Shown: positions 14,236 to 27,727 of the stretch, one piece after another | How the letters are laid out: each line of letters starts with the position of its first letter | Position numbering within the stretch: position 1 is the first letter of the stretch | DNA from: Octopus sinensis | Lineage: Eukaryota | Length of the DNA: 48,318 nt | Direction of reading: 5' to 3' | Assembly (NCBI RefSeq): GCF_006345805.1 | Contig: NW_021834429.1 | Location: 1 to 48,318, forward strand | Program-made: the position numbers and the translations under genes | The notes under the pieces: model-generated | What the model saw: the letters and a program-made list of their open reading frames with translations, nothing else | Told to the model about the DNA's origin: nothing | Database searches by the model: none

Positions 14236-14509
14236 TCGTTCACCGCCCAACATTGGTAATGTAAAGCAAATTTGATTGTTGCAGAATTTCAACTTAGAGT
14301 TTAAAGAGCCACAATAATTACTTCAATGCATTTTGTCCGACGCTTTTCAAACTACTTTTCTATAGAGCTTGACCACGACTGTCTGCCAAGACACTTACTG
14401 CTAAGTGGACAGCAGAAATTTTAGAACTCCTATTCAAAGTTGATCTAACGCACGAACCCCTTCGTGGTCGCTCTACCTGGTAGAATTAACAGCCTTTTCT
14501 TCTTTTCTT

Positions 14510-15000
14510 AAGGAAAAACATGTTGGGTATGTGAACCTGGGCTGCCTGCACCGAGGAAAAAACGTGATGGGCAAGGCTGGACTGCATTTGATTATATGTC
14601 GGATCAGTTAAGGTTGACCTCGGCCACTATTGGACACCATTTCATATCGGCCATCTTTTTCTCCATCCTTGTTTCCTCTCATCCTCTATATTCACTTACC
14701 GCATACCTCAGATGCGGACCCTGTTGCTGGATATCCACCTTTCCCTCCCTATTCACGCTGCTCTTCCCCACCCTTTTTAGTACTGACATTTATCTTTTCT
14801 TCCCCGACCCACTCCCATATCTCTTAGAAATAACGGACAAATTATCGTCTAATGGCACTAATCTATTTGATGAAAGAAAAAAAAGGAACATACTGGAAAA
14901 TTATTGTCCCGTATATTTATTTATATGGTGGTCATGTCTCGAAAGCCTTTGAACCTATTTCTGCTCAGTGTGAGCTAACTTAGGGCTAACTAACAAAAGT
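14510..15000 (+). mobile_element. Two highly diverged copies of an old interspersed repeat tail
   Basis: Shared ..gcctttga..tctgctcag..gacct.gggcta pattern. Similar remnants lie near 10830-10970, 18010-18070, 21640-21750 (-) and 39920-40030. Confidence 0.4.
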
Positions 15001-15058
15001 AACAAGTAAAACATAATATTGATTTCATAAGTATTTATAAATTTTGAGAGAACATGAA

Positions 15059-15119
<61 letters not shown>

Positions 15120-15156
15120 TATTATTATTATTATTATTATTATCATTATTATTATT

Positions 15157-15711
15157 GAGTGAGAGGTCAGTGCATGCCCTCAAAGTGACACTGGGGTAAA
15201 ATATACGAAGCCCAGTATACCCATCATGACTACACATCTGATAACGGTACACCAGGCACATGCATCACAACCATATATACGCGACATGGTGATCTCATAT
15301 CAAGATAAACAGCGCATGACCTTGCAGGTGGGGCCCAGTTAGAATTTTCTTCTGGTCGAGTAGCCCATCCCACTCAAAAGGTCCCTGAATAAGGATTGTT
15401 TAAGGATGTTGAACGAACCACCCATGTTTCCAAAGGTGAATTATCCAAACCTTCAAGAATCCCTCTCAACACATGGCTATGATGCTCCTCCACTACTTCT
15501 GCTCATGATCAGAGATGTACATATCGTCAGCCACTAAGGAACATGCTCAACTGGTTAAGGTCAAACAACTGACAAGCAAATCTGTGGTATTGAGCAGAAT
15601 ATTTGCTGTAGTCCATGTTTTATACCAAGACAAAATAATGTACATGACAACACTTCCAATCAATTAAGATCAGAAGCCATGAGAGCCACTGTCTGGTACT
15701 GCATCAGGGCA
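15157..15711 (-). mobile_element. 555-bp insert sitting inside an (ATT)n tract; probable microsatellite-targeting retroposon
   Basis: Flanked on both sides by (ATT)n (15059-15156, 15712-15835). Orientation is assumed from an (AAT)n tail. Family not established. Confidence 0.6.
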
Positions 15712-15730
15712 ATTATTATTGTTATTATTA

Positions 15731-15785
<55 letters not shown>

Positions 15786-16030
15786 CATTGTTATCATTAT
15801 TATTATTATTATTATTGTTGTTGTTGCTGTTGTTATTTTGGAACGATGAATCTCGAAGCAGATAAAGCTGCAAATGACAGCATGTAAAAATCTAAAAGAA
15901 AATCTTTGGCTAGAAAAGTTCGAAGGCTGCTCCTGAGACTCGAACCACATCTCCTCTATACACAAGTCCCACGGACAGCATTCGACATTTTCTATCCAAA
16001 GGGTTTTCTAACCCAATATTTGCACGGTAT

Positions 16031-16430
16031 TAAGGCGGCGAGCTGGCAGAAACGTTAGCATGCCGGGCGAGATGCTTAGCGGTATTTCGTCTGCCGCTAC
16101 GTTCTGAGTTCAAATTCCGCAGAGGTCGACTTTGCCTTTCATCGTTTCGGGGTCGATTAAATAATTACCAGTTACGCACTGGGGTCGATATTAACGACTT
16201 AATCCGTTTGTATGTCCTTGTTTGTCCTCTCTGTGTTTAGCCCATTATGGGTAGTAAAGAAATAGGTATTTCGTCTGTCTTTATGTTCTGAGTTCTAATT
16301 CCACCGAGGTCGACTTTGCCTTTCATCCTTTCGAAGTCGATAAATAAGGTACCAGTTGTGTATTGGGTTTGATCTAATCGACTGGCCTCCTCCCCCAGAA
16401 TTTCGGGCCTTGTGCCTAGTGTAGAAAAAA
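16031..16430 (+). mobile_element. SINE family C, dimer with two different tails
   Basis: Head aaggcggcgagctggcagaa, B-box gagttcaaattcc, body gtcgactttgcctttcatc twice. Imperfect TSD aatatttgcacggtatta / aatctttacacgttatta. Confidence 0.9.
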
Positions 16431-17589
16431 ATCTTTACACGTTATTATTTATACCAATTTTATCAGCTTTGCGATCACCATTCAAAAAAAAAAAAAAGGC
16501 AATATTTATTTCTTATATTGGTCTAAAGGCCCCAAAGAATAGATGAATTTGTAGACGTTCTTTAAATTATTATACTATATTTCTTTCACATAGATAAGTC
16601 TAAATTAATGGCGAGAGGGGAATAGAATACTATTCGATTTGATCGCATAAAATTTGTTCTTGATTGCAAGTTATCTTATCAACCGAGGAAGGATAATAAA
16701 AGTTACCGCCGAACTTGGCAGGATTTGAACTCAGTTCGTAAGGAGGAGTAAGTCATCATTGTAATTTATTTTTAATCGGCGTTCCGTCGTTTCTGGCATT
16801 GAATTGCTTTCTGTAATAATACTATTAATAATAATGGATCTTCTTTTCTGTTTCTTTCTTTCTTTCTTTTTTTTTTTTTGTCTTTTGCATAATATAGGAT
16901 TTAGGGCAAAAATGAAGAACGTACAGGAATCTAGACAAGAATCTTAAGATTTCAGAGCGAATATAAAAAAAGTTATTAGGAAATAAATGAAATTACGAAA
17001 TAATTGCCTCTTGTGAAATTTTACGGCAAATTCAGCATGTTTTCCATCAAACATTAAAAGAATAATCCGATATTTGCTATCGAATCTAGTTTGGTTCAAT
17101 TAGAATAATAAGGAAACCAAAAAAAAAAAAAAGGAAGAAAAACAATTTTCAATTTCTTAGCAAATTTTCAGAATTGAAAAAAATAGGAGCTTTATACTCT
17201 TCTTTTTTCCTTTTCTTTCTTTTCGTTAATTTGAAGAATATGGATCTAAAGTTGAAAACTTAAAATAATCTACGTAATCATTTAATTAAAGTTCTTCCTA
17301 TAAGCTTTGAATCAGAAAAAAATGTTTCTTTTCTTTCTTCACTTTCTTTTTTAAATTTTCATCAATGGAATACTTTTCTTTACTTTAGATATTATTTAGC
17401 ATGAAAATTGAATAAAAACGCTTTAAATATATTTAGATTTTATAAAGAGTTATTTTCAAACTTTAATTTTCTCCTTAATTTAATTAAATTTTCTTTTTAA
17501 GTTGAAGTAACTTTTTCCAACTAAAATTTATAAAGTTATTTCAGATCACAGCTATGGATCGTTCGTCAAAATTAACAATGTTTTCTAAA

Positions 17590-17775
17590 CGTAGCAGAAG
17601 ACCAGTATCTTTTGAGGGTAGGTGTCTAACAATTACAACGATCTCATTTCATGACTGGTACTTTATTTAATCAATCCCGAAAGGATGAACTGCAAAGATG
17701 ACTTCGATGGGATTCGAACGCAGAAGGCAGAGTTTTTATTTTCCGATGTGCTAACGATTCAGCAAATCTATCGCT
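17590..17775 (-). mobile_element. SINE family C, diverged
   Basis: actggtactttattt..cccgaaaggatgaa..gtgctaacgattc. Confidence 0.7.
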
Positions 17776-19974
17776 AATACTAATGATTTTTTTAAATATA
17801 GATCATTAGGCTTCGCCGCATACAATATACAGCCTATCCTACGTATTTACTCACAGCACGTGGCTCTGACAGCTGTCCAATATCCTATGGATTCGGCCAC
17901 TTATTAATTCCGAAGAATTGATCGCCAAATCTCCATCAAATCACACAACGCCGTCGTGATAAAGAACGCGACGAATAATGTTCTTGTGTGATAGTCACAG
18001 CTGAAATCCGTATGATCATTGGTCTGTTCAGTCTGGGATAACCTAGGGCTAAAACGAAAACAACAACAATGACAAAAGAGCAACAACAAAATATTCTTTC
18101 ACCGGTCCTGCAAATATGAAAAAGTAAAAATAATTATAGATGCGAACTTGAAGATTGATAAATGATAATAAAAATTGTTTTCCATTATTACAATATCAGA
18201 AATAGCTGAAGGAAAGAGACAACCTATTAAATCATCCACTTTATACAACCGCTATTTATTTGTTCCAACGAAACAGTCTCTGATTGAACGTTCCACTTGC
18301 GAAGACTATCGAAAATTCATTCCGTACCCTTTTAAAAAATGAGGGAACGAAACATGAGTTAAGGTAATCCGTGCGGTACAATCTCTGAAATGTTAAGATA
18401 GCTGCTGCTGCTGCTGCTGGATCACAGCTCTACCTCATCATTGGACGAGTTTATCAACTTGTGATATTTATTTTATCAACACTGGAACGATGAAAAGCAA
18501 ATCCAAGCTTGCCGCAGTTTAAAATTAACACATGAACCTTGAACAAACAATAAGCCTATTATAGTCTAAAACTTGTTACATTGTACATGAAGTAACAAAG
18601 AACCTGTCACAATTTGAAACCTGTTCTATGAAACAGGAAAAAAACAACTTGTCTCGGTCAAAATACAGCACGTCTCACATAAAGAAACAATGAATTAACA
18701 ACCAAATTTTCCTCATGTCACACTCTACTGCCCTATAATGAAAGAAAAGCGTAGTAAATATAGTTTTAAGTGTACAAGATACTCGATGATCACAGGGAGA
18801 ATACATTTGGCTGTAGTTCAGCTTTGCCCGAGCTAACCAAATGTCGTGATTTAAATAATCCTGTTTTAATGGATTTTGTTAAAGTGGTTCTCAATAAACT
18901 TATTGGTTTCTCTAAAAGATGCAATTTGCTGCTGATGTTATTAATATTCTTGGTTTTTAGATAATGTGGGTAGGGCAAAATCAAGCAACCTTATGATCAT
19001 AATGTTCTAGCAACGATCATCCCATCTGACTTTGAGACTATTATGCACCTGAGATTACATTACTTTGAGTGTACAAGTCCTTCCTTTTGTAAGAAAGCTG
19101 GAAGCGATTCAAGGTAGATTTGGCCCCTATTTCAAACAGGTTGAGCGACCACACAGACGCCCTCACTTTTGCTGGTAATTGATATTCTTGGGCGGGTTTT
19201 ATCAAGTGTATGTGTGTGTGTGTGTGTGTGTGGTGTGTGTGTGTGTGTGTAAAACACCAAGCGGACCGACATGAAAAACAAATTGAAAGCAAAGTTATGA
19301 TATTAGGTTTACATTCAAGGCAAGGAAAGGAAGTAGATACGTCTTCAATGTTTCGAGTTTAAGCTCCGCGTCATACACAAAGAACTACGAAAGAAAAAGC
19401 AACAGAAATGGAACAATTGATAAATATGATTTAGAATATAGCAAAGCATGTTAGAAAGGAGCAGAAACGACAGGACGTTAATCAGAAGAGAGCAACAAGG
19501 GAGATAACTGCACGCCGTTAAAGCATGAGAGCGCATATGCGTCTGTGTATGCAGTTTGATCAAATATATCTTCTCTTTCACTGTACCCGTGAGTTTGTAT
19601 TCGTATACAGTACACTGCGCTGACCGTTTGAGAGTTGAATATGTGTATATGTTGTGATTTTTCGTGTGTATCCATATATAACGCATGCAGATTCGTGAGA
19701 GCTTGTGTGTAAATGTGTGTGTGTGTGTGTGTGTGTGTGTACACGTGTCTGCATGTAACTGATGCGTAGTCAAGCAAGTTCCCTTCGATTGCTTTACAGT
19801 TCCTTTCGGCTAAAACCATATTATACCCATACTGTGTTGAAAACCTTTGACGGATATCCGTGCCAGATGTACACACGTTCAACCCATAGAAAACGGTTCG
19901 CTAAACGCTGCTTTTCGTTGAGTCAAAGAAAATCCGTAGCGGCCAGTGTTCGTGTAACAGCAGCGGCAACTTAC

Positions 19975-20174
19975 TTAATTGGCACTTCAAGTTCGAAAGT
20001 ACAATTTTATGAGAAGAGGAGGCACTTATCCAAAACACCGCGCCCAAGGATTGAACTTGGTATTTCGTATTTTCGAAACGAATCTCTAGAGCACGTAGTC
20101 CTGTTTGCACCATATCTGTGGCCCTGTTGATACTTATGGCGGTAAGTGCCTGGAGTAAGGGCGCAGTTTTGTTG
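19975..20174 (-). CDS. Candidate internal exon (200 nt)
   Basis: Long pyrimidine tract ending ccttag|, donor AA|GTAAGT, one open frame (NKTAPLLQAL..NLKCQL). No homology recognised. Confidence 0.25.
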
Positions 20175-20419
20175 CTAAGGATACACAAAGAAAAGAAAAA
20201 AAAAAGCTGAGTATAATACAATTATTCTGAAAATCAATTTAATTCTACACTTTCTTCCTTTCTTTTTATATCCACGTAAAAATGTATTATTTTTTATTTT
20301 ACCTAATCAGTTTCCAAATTAGTTTTTTTGTTTTGTTTTAAAGTATGTTTTGTATTTCTTTTTTACGTAATTTCATTTTGTTTAATTATTTTTTTCTTAC
20401 TTTCCACTTTCCTTTTTTC

Positions 20420-20472
<53 letters not shown>

Positions 20473-21008
20473 CGTAAGGGAAATTGAAATTCAATAAGGT
20501 ATATAGAGATGTTGTATAAACGTAGTATGTGTAGGTATATTTGTGCATATATGTGCGTGTGTATGTGTGTGTATTTATATGTATATATGTACGTTTATTC
20601 TCTCAACAACAACAACAACAACAACAATAACAACAATAATAATAATAATAATAATAATAAAGAAATAAAAACAATAATAACAAGAATTTGTTAAGAAATA
20701 CACAAAAAAAATCAGAAATTACTGGCGAGAATATATCACCTTCATTGCTGTTTTTTCCCTCTTTTTCTCTTATATATGAGGTTTCTTTTCCTTTTTCCTT
20801 AAATTTTATTTTATTTTATTATTCTATTTTTTTTTTTTTTGCCCCTTCAGTTCACCATTTATTTTTACTCAACCTTTCCCGGTGAAACATTTAGTTTCGT
20901 TTTTACATTTCTTTATATATATATATGATAATATCGTCCTTTCTTTACTGTTATGGTAGTAGCAGTGATGATGGTAAGCTGGTGATGTTGATAGGACTGA
21001 AGTCGTCA

Positions 21009-21055
21009 CTCGCTTAGCATGCGAGAGGTACCGGGATCGTTACACGGATTCTCCA
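21009..21055 (+). tRNA. tRNA-Ala-AGC: 5'-truncated tRNA-Ala(AGC) pseudogene (anticodon arm to discriminator)
   Basis: CTCGC-TTAGCAT-GCGAG-AGGTA-CCGGG-ATCGTTA-CACGG-ATTCTCC-A matches the 3' two-thirds of metazoan tRNA-Ala(AGC). The D arm and 5' acceptor strand are absent. Confidence 0.85.
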
Positions 21056-21062
21056 AATTTTG

Positions 21063-21602
21063 TAAGGCGGCGAGCTGGCAGAATCATTAGCCCACCGGGC
21101 AAAAATGCTTAGCGGCATTTCGTCTTGTCTGAGTTCAAATTCCGCTGAGGTCAACTCTGCCTTTAATAAAAAAATAAAAAAAAACAGCGGTGAGCAGGCA
21201 GAAGCGTTGGCACGCTGGGCGAAATGCTTAGTGGTATTTCGTCAGCCGTTGCGTTCTGAGTTCAAATTCCGCCGAGGTCGACTTTGCCTTTCATCCTTTC
21301 GGGGTCGATTAAATAGGTACCAGTTACGCACTGGAGTCGATATAATCGACTTAATCCGTTTGTGTGTCCTTGTTTGTCCCTTCTATGTTTAGCCCCTTGT
21401 GGGTAGTAAAGAAATAGGTATTTCGTCTGCCGCTACGTTCTGAATTCAAATTCCGCCGAGGACGACTTTACCTTTCATCCTTTCAGGATCGATAAATTAA
21501 GTACCAGTTACACACTGGGTCGATATAATCGACTTAATCCCTTTGTCTGTCCTTGTATGTCCCCTCTATGTTTAGCCCCCTGTGGGTAGTAAAGAAGTAA
21601 GA
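21063..21602 (+). mobile_element. SINE family C composite (truncated monomer with A-run, then a dimer)
   Basis: Heads at 21063 and 21186. The body unit restarts at about 21417. Confidence 0.9.
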
Positions 21603-21800
21603 ACTGAAGTCGCCATTAGTGTTGTTGCTACTACAGCTTTTGCTGCTGTTTAGGTCTCGAGGTCAATCCTTCTCTGCAATCAAAAACATTCCAACCACGA
21701 CCATTCCATCTTATTTCCAGATACAAGCTATCTAAAAACACATCCACCAGTATGTTCTCTCTTGGCTTGAAGTGGTGTCAACAGTGTAGGCAGCGCAAAA

Positions 21801-22052
21801 AAAGCGAGCTGGCAGGATTGTTGGCATGCCGAATAAAATACTTAGTGGCATTTCCTCCGGCTCTTTACGTTCTGAGTTCAAAAACCACTGAGGTCGACTT
21901 TGCGTTTCATCCTTTCGATGTCAGTGACATCAGTACCAGTTGTGCACTGGGATTAATGCAGTTGACTTCTTCTTCTTCTTCTTCCTCCTCCTCCTCCTCC
22001 TCCTCCACCTCTCAGAATTGCTGGCCTGGTGCCAAGAATTAAAAAGGAATTA
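21801..22052 (+). mobile_element. SINE family C, diverged monomer
   Basis: gcgagctggcagga..gttctgagttcaaa..gaggtcgactttgcgtttcatcc. Confidence 0.8.
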
Positions 22053-22489
22053 TTGTAGAAGGCGATGGTGGTGATGGTATAAGGTTTTACTTGGTATTTT
22101 CACTGGTGGCAGCTGGAGTTGGTAACAGCATGAGGTGTTTATTTAAGCTAGTGATCGTTAAGGTCGTGGTGGTGGTAGTGGTGATGGTTTTGCGCTGATA
22201 GTGACGTGATTGTGTGTTAGTAATGGCAGTGGTGATGGTGATAGTGTTACGGTGGTTTTATGGTAGTGTTGGTGATATTGTGGCCATGATAGTGATGGCA
22301 TTTCTATGGTAGCGGTGGTGACGGCGGCGGTGGTGGTGACGGTGGCGGCGCCGGTGGTTACGGCGACGGTGATAGTAGTGGTGGTGGTTTTAACATTATG
22401 TTAGATGTAATTTATCAGTGATTTTATCTCTAACGCAGAAGTAAAATTATAACAATATAATAACAATTATAATTGCAACAACAAGAATG

Positions 22490-22700
22490 ATTCTTTCTCA
22501 TTTCCACCCAATGCCCACAATTTTAAGGAAGAGGGGCAAGTTGATTACATCGACCCCAGAACGTGGCTTGCATTTCTTGTATCGATCCAGGAAAAAAAAG
22601 GCAACGCAGAGCTCGGCGGAATTTGAACGTAAAGAGCCGGTAGAAATACCGCTAAGCATTTTCTCCGAAGTGCTAAGAGTCTTGCAAGTTCGCTACCTTA
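22490..22700 (-). mobile_element. SINE family C, diverged
   Basis: gattacatcgacccc..ctcggcggaatttgaac..gaaataccgctaagcattt. Confidence 0.75.
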
Positions 22701-23029
22701 ATTAATTAATTAATGATGATAATAATAATAATGGTTCCAAATTTTGCCACAAGGCCAGCAACTTTAGGGTAGGGGGTAAAGCGACCCTTGTATTTGACTT
22801 TATTATACACGCGCGAAAGGAAAGATAGCAACGCAAACTGAGAAACGTTGCACAAAAGGATTAAAAGACATGAGTGGATCGGTTATACAAAGACGAGGGA
22901 AGAAAGGAAAGCTATTATATAATATAATATATATTTTCACCAAATTTAGCAGAAATGATGAAAATTTGGCTTGATCATCTTCAAACGTATGTATTTATAT
23001 ACATACATAGATATGCGACTGTATATGTG

Positions 23030-23595
23030 TTTGTTTGTGTTTGTGTGTGTACGTGCTTGCGCAGCGCACGTGTGTATACAATGATAGATTCGAGGGTTCC
23101 GCTTATTTACGAGTTGATTTCTTAATTTCACCGAAGTATAAATATTTATAAATACCTATAATGGTGAAACACTTCTGAAATTCTATGCAATATTTTCTGT
23201 AAGCATTTTGTTCACTAACTTTTTCATATGAATCGATCCTCGTCTCTTCGCGTATAGATAATAGTGTACCTATATACGTAGACACGTGTGGGTACATAGA
23301 TAAATATATATATAGATATGAGAATCTGTGTGTGTTTGTGTGTGTGTGTGTGTGCGTGTGTGCGTGTGTTCGTGTGTACAGTGATAGATTCGAGGGTTTC
23401 GTTTATTTACGAGAAATACCTTTAATGGTGATATTTAAAAAACAAAAGCATAAATTTCCCGATAAGCAAGTAGTCAGATTATTTATATCCTACAACGAAC
23501 TACGGTATGTTTGATTCACCCGCCATTACTGAAAGACGTTGAAAACACTTAAATTCTATGCAATATTTTCTATAAGTATTTCATTTTATTCACTT
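23030..23595. repeat. Local direct duplication, period 300 bp
   Basis: gatagattcgagggtt..ttatttacgag at 23083 and 23383. aaattctatgcaatattttc occurs in both copies. Confidence 0.8.
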
Positions 23596-23629
23596 TTTTT
23601 TTTCGTTTTCACATTACTTATGCTTCCTT

Positions 23630-24190
23630 GATGTTCGTACAAACCTCACTCTTGCCTCATGTTGATGAATTTTACTTACATTCTCATCTTCTACTTTCAC
23701 TGCTTAGCAAATATGATAACATAAACCAAGCATCCACCTCAGCACTGAAATCTCTGGCACTAGTTCTTCTATTTTTCTTGCCCATATACTTTTGTGCAAG
23801 ACTATTCACTATCTTGTGGAACAGGAGGCCTACTTGACTCCGCATCTCACCCTAAATTTAAAGAATAAATCTCAGGGCTCCACATCTTTACCGCACTCTA
23901 TTGTGTGCGGATCCTGCCAATGAGAAGTCACGCATTCCGTTACATCTTCCTTTGAAGGCATACGGCACTAACCCTCTGTTTGTAAATCAAAAATATGCCG
24001 CTGTAAATTTACTGTATCTTAGGTAAAAACTGAGCAGACTGACACTCTGTCTTGCAACAGACCTTACTCATCTTTCTTCCTGTTTCGAAATGCCTGCTCA
24101 TATCCAGTACCTCTCAGTCACCAACAATGCTAGTGAAAGAAAAGAGCTTTTTACTGGTACGCAAGCTGTTCCTGTGGTTTTAACATCCGT
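23630..24190 (+). pseudogene. Possible heavily decayed CR1/L2-type LINE fragment
   Basis: Weak resemblance of SCNRPYSSF..CSYPVPL..ASERKELF to the endonuclease-RT linker. By eye only. Confidence 0.25.
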
Positions 24191-24669
24191 ATCAATGTTC
24201 TTAACTGTTCTTTGCATGTTATAAATGTTTACTTTCCTTACATTTGTTGGACTATCTTATCGTCTATGTGCTTATATTGGTTGTGCTTTTGACTAGAAAT
24301 GAAGGAAGGAGTATATTTCGCTTTCTTTCTGTTTTTTTTCTTTCTTTCTTTCTTTTGCATAGAGATTTTTATAGCCATTCAGAAATGTACCTCTTCATGC
24401 AACCCAAAATATGTCGAAACTCGAACAACATTGTAAATGGCCGCTTGCCAGAAAGAAAAAGTATATGCTACTAAAGGAAATAATGTCAAAATGAACTTTT
24501 CTTCCATTTCAAAAGTAGCCTGAAAGTTAGATAACTCTAAAAGCCTTTCCTTATTATTCCAAATCAAAACGGAAACGAACGATCTTGTTTTTCCATTAGT
24601 TTATCCAGGTAGAATTCCTTTGCCTAGCGGGAGTTACGTGGAAGTTGCGCATTCACAGTAACATTAAAG

Positions 24670-24707
<38 letters not shown>

Positions 24708-24769
24708 TAATAATAATAAAAAAATAAAAATAATAATAATAATAACAACAACATTAGCAATAATAATAA

Positions 24770-24986
24770 TGATTTCAAATTGTGCCACAAGACAAGCTAT
24801 TTTCGGGAAAGAGATGAGTCGATTACATCGGCCCCAGTTTTTCACTGGTACTTAATTTATTGCTCCGAAAGGATGAAAGGCAAAGTAGACCACGGCGGAA
24901 TTTGAACTCACAACAACAACAACAACAGCAGCAACATCATCAATAATAATAATGATGATGATGATAATAATAATAACAACAACAAC

Positions 24987-25023
<37 letters not shown>

Positions 25024-25345
25024 TAATAATAACAACAACAACAACAACACTTTCTGATATAGGAATAAAACCTGACATTTTGGAGGAGAGTGCTAGTTGA
25101 TTATATCGATCCCAGTGCTGAACTGCTACGTTCTTTATCGACCATTAAAGAATGAAAGGCAATCGTGACCAAGGCGGAGTTTGAACTAGGAACGTAAACC
25201 TGGAAGAAATACCGCTAATCATTTTGGCCAGCGTGCTGACGATTCTGTCAACGGCGAGTTGGCACAAGGCCTGAAAATTTCAGTGGAAATGGTTAGTTAA
25301 TTACGTCGACCTGGTATTTATTTCATCGATTCTGAAACGATTCGG
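24770..25345 (-). mobile_element. Several diverged SINE family C copies among (AAT/AAC)n tracts
   Basis: gattacatcg..ctggtacttaattt..ggatgaaaggcaa..cggaatttgaact is repeated. Confidence 0.75.
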
Positions 25346-25412
25346 CCTGCTCACCGCCGCCTTGATCCCACTTTCTGTAGTCCGAAACAAAATCAACGTG
25401 CACTGTGAGCTG

Positions 25413-25703
25413 TTGTTTGTTCCTTCTCGAGCCATGCCTGGCTCATAAGGGCCGGTTTCCCGGTTTCTTGGCGTATAGGTTCCCCACCGGTCCGTCGCAG
25501 GTGAGCTGCAAGATGCAGGAGGAAAGAGTGAGAGAAAGTTGTAGCGAAAGAATCAGCAGAAGTTCGCCATTACCTTCTGCCGGAGCCGCGTGGAGCTTGG
25601 GTGTTTTCGCTCATAAACACACGCATTGCCCGGCCTGAGATTCGAACCCGCGATCTCCCGACCGCGAGTCCGCTGCTCTGACCACCAGGCCATGTGCCTC
25701 CAC
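25413..25703 (-). mobile_element. tRNA(Arg-like)-headed SINE family R, tail type 1, with perfect 14-bp TSD
   Basis: A box tggcctggtgg, B box ggttcgaatct. TSD tgcactgtgagctg at 25399-25412 and 25704-25717. Resembles the octopus OR-type SINEs (from memory). Confidence 0.9.
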
Positions 25704-26790
25704 TGCACTGTGAGCTGAGAAAGAATGGACCTCGTCTCAACCATTTTCTCTTCATAAATTATTTCAAACTGATCGCAAAAACAGAGCGTGAAATATAGAG
25801 GCTGGTTGAGATTGTGAAAATGTGCAGCAAGGATCTAAAGATGGTATTCGGTATCTCGTAGTGTGCGGCACTTCTGTTAATATATATATTTATATTTAGC
25901 GGTGAATTTTCTGCCGTCCGGCAATTCAGTATTATTTAATTTGCCAAACACGGAGGAATTTAAAGCAAAAATTGCTAAACGCGAAAACTATTCGCGAAAA
26001 TCATTGGACATTACTTAAAACCCACCAAATACCTGATTAAGGAAGCGGGTATTCGAGTCCGGAATAAATAATCCCACATTTAACAAGGCCCCTGACCCTC
26101 TCCGTTAATTAATTGTAATTACCGCCGTTAAACTAATATTTATTATTATTATTTTCGTTGTTACTGGGAAAAATAAAAAAGGCGGAAAAACAAATCGAAA
26201 ATTAAGTGATTATAATCAATAAATTCATTAAAAATCAAACGAAATTATCTCGAGTTTATTGAAAAAATGAGCAATTACCTCTCCTGTCCTGAATAATAAC
26301 CTCCCCTTATATTTTTCTACTCGCTGATTCATTCACAAACTTCCTTCCAAGAACATGGAGTAATATCTTAAGAAGATACAAAATTACAATATTTTCAATG
26401 TCATGATTAGCAAAAGCGAAACCGGTCGACAAACAATACTCTTTCACTTATAAAATATATTTAAGAATATATTAAAACTATGTAAACTGTGTGCATTTAC
26501 CTTCTGTTAAGATATATATATTGCATTACAAATAACAACGCGGGGATAATCGAAATTCTCCATTCCCTTTCCTTATATATATATATATAGAGAGAGAGAA
26601 GAGAGAGAGAGAGGGAGAGAGAGAGAGAGAAAGAAAGAAAGGGAGAGAAAAAATAGTCTTCGTAGTGGCTTCAGGTTCAGAGCCAATTCTTGATGGTTAA
26701 AGCAATTTTATTAGACACCAACAGCGAAACATATTCGTTGGCATCACTAATATTTTTCACTATATATATATAGTATATACGTATGTATAT

Positions 26791-27145
26791 TCTTTTATTC
26801 TTTTACTTCTTTCAGTCATTTGAGTGAGGCCATGCTGGAACACCGCCTTAAAATGTTTTTAGTCGAACAAATCAACCCCGAAACGCTAAGTTACGAGGAC
26901 GTAAGCTCACCAACAACGGTTGCCAGGTGATGGTGGCGGGGGCAAACATACACACATATCCGAAAATATATTCTTATATACATATATACGACAAGCTTCT
27001 TTCAGTTTCCGTCTACCAAATCTACTCGCATGGTTTTGGTCGGACCGAGGCTATAGTAAAAGACACCTGCCCAAGGTGCTACGCAATGGGTCTGAACCTG
27101 GAACCACGTGGTTGGGAAGCAAGCTTCTTAACACTCAGCCATACC
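26791..27145 (-). mobile_element. SINE family A with an internal deletion
   Basis: Reverse complement of the family A consensus. Confidence 0.85.
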
Positions 27146-27424
27146 TATATACAAACATATATATACATATTTAAAAATGGCTATACAGATACGCATATAT
27201 ATGGATGTATGTAAATATGTTTTTACATTCATATTTACGCATGAACACTAAGAGTATGATTGGAGGAAGAAAACCTCACGTGACCGTTATGTAGAATAAA
27301 TATCTTTACATATATGTCTCATTTCATATGTAATAGTATGGTTTAACAAACAATTATCTCCATAAAAAGAAAAGCTGTTTGATAGGAAATATCGTTGAAA
27401 ATAGTTACAAGATAGAGAGATACC

Positions 27425-27636
27425 CTTTTACTCTTTCACTTGTTTCAGTCATTTGACTGCGGCCATGCTGGAGCACCGCCTTTAGTCGAGCAAATCGACC
27501 CCGGGACTTATTCTTTGTAAGCTCAGTACTTATACTATCGGTCTCTTTTGCCGAACCGTTAAGTGACGGGGACGTAAACACGCCAGCATCGGTTGTCAAG
27601 CAATGCTAGGGGGACAAACACAGACACACAAACACA

Positions 27637-27727
<91 letters not shown>

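Noticed and set aside
25630-25703. SINE heads (also 32485-32559 and 40270-40344) as tRNA genes
   Set aside because: No complete acceptor stem. They continue into SINE bodies.
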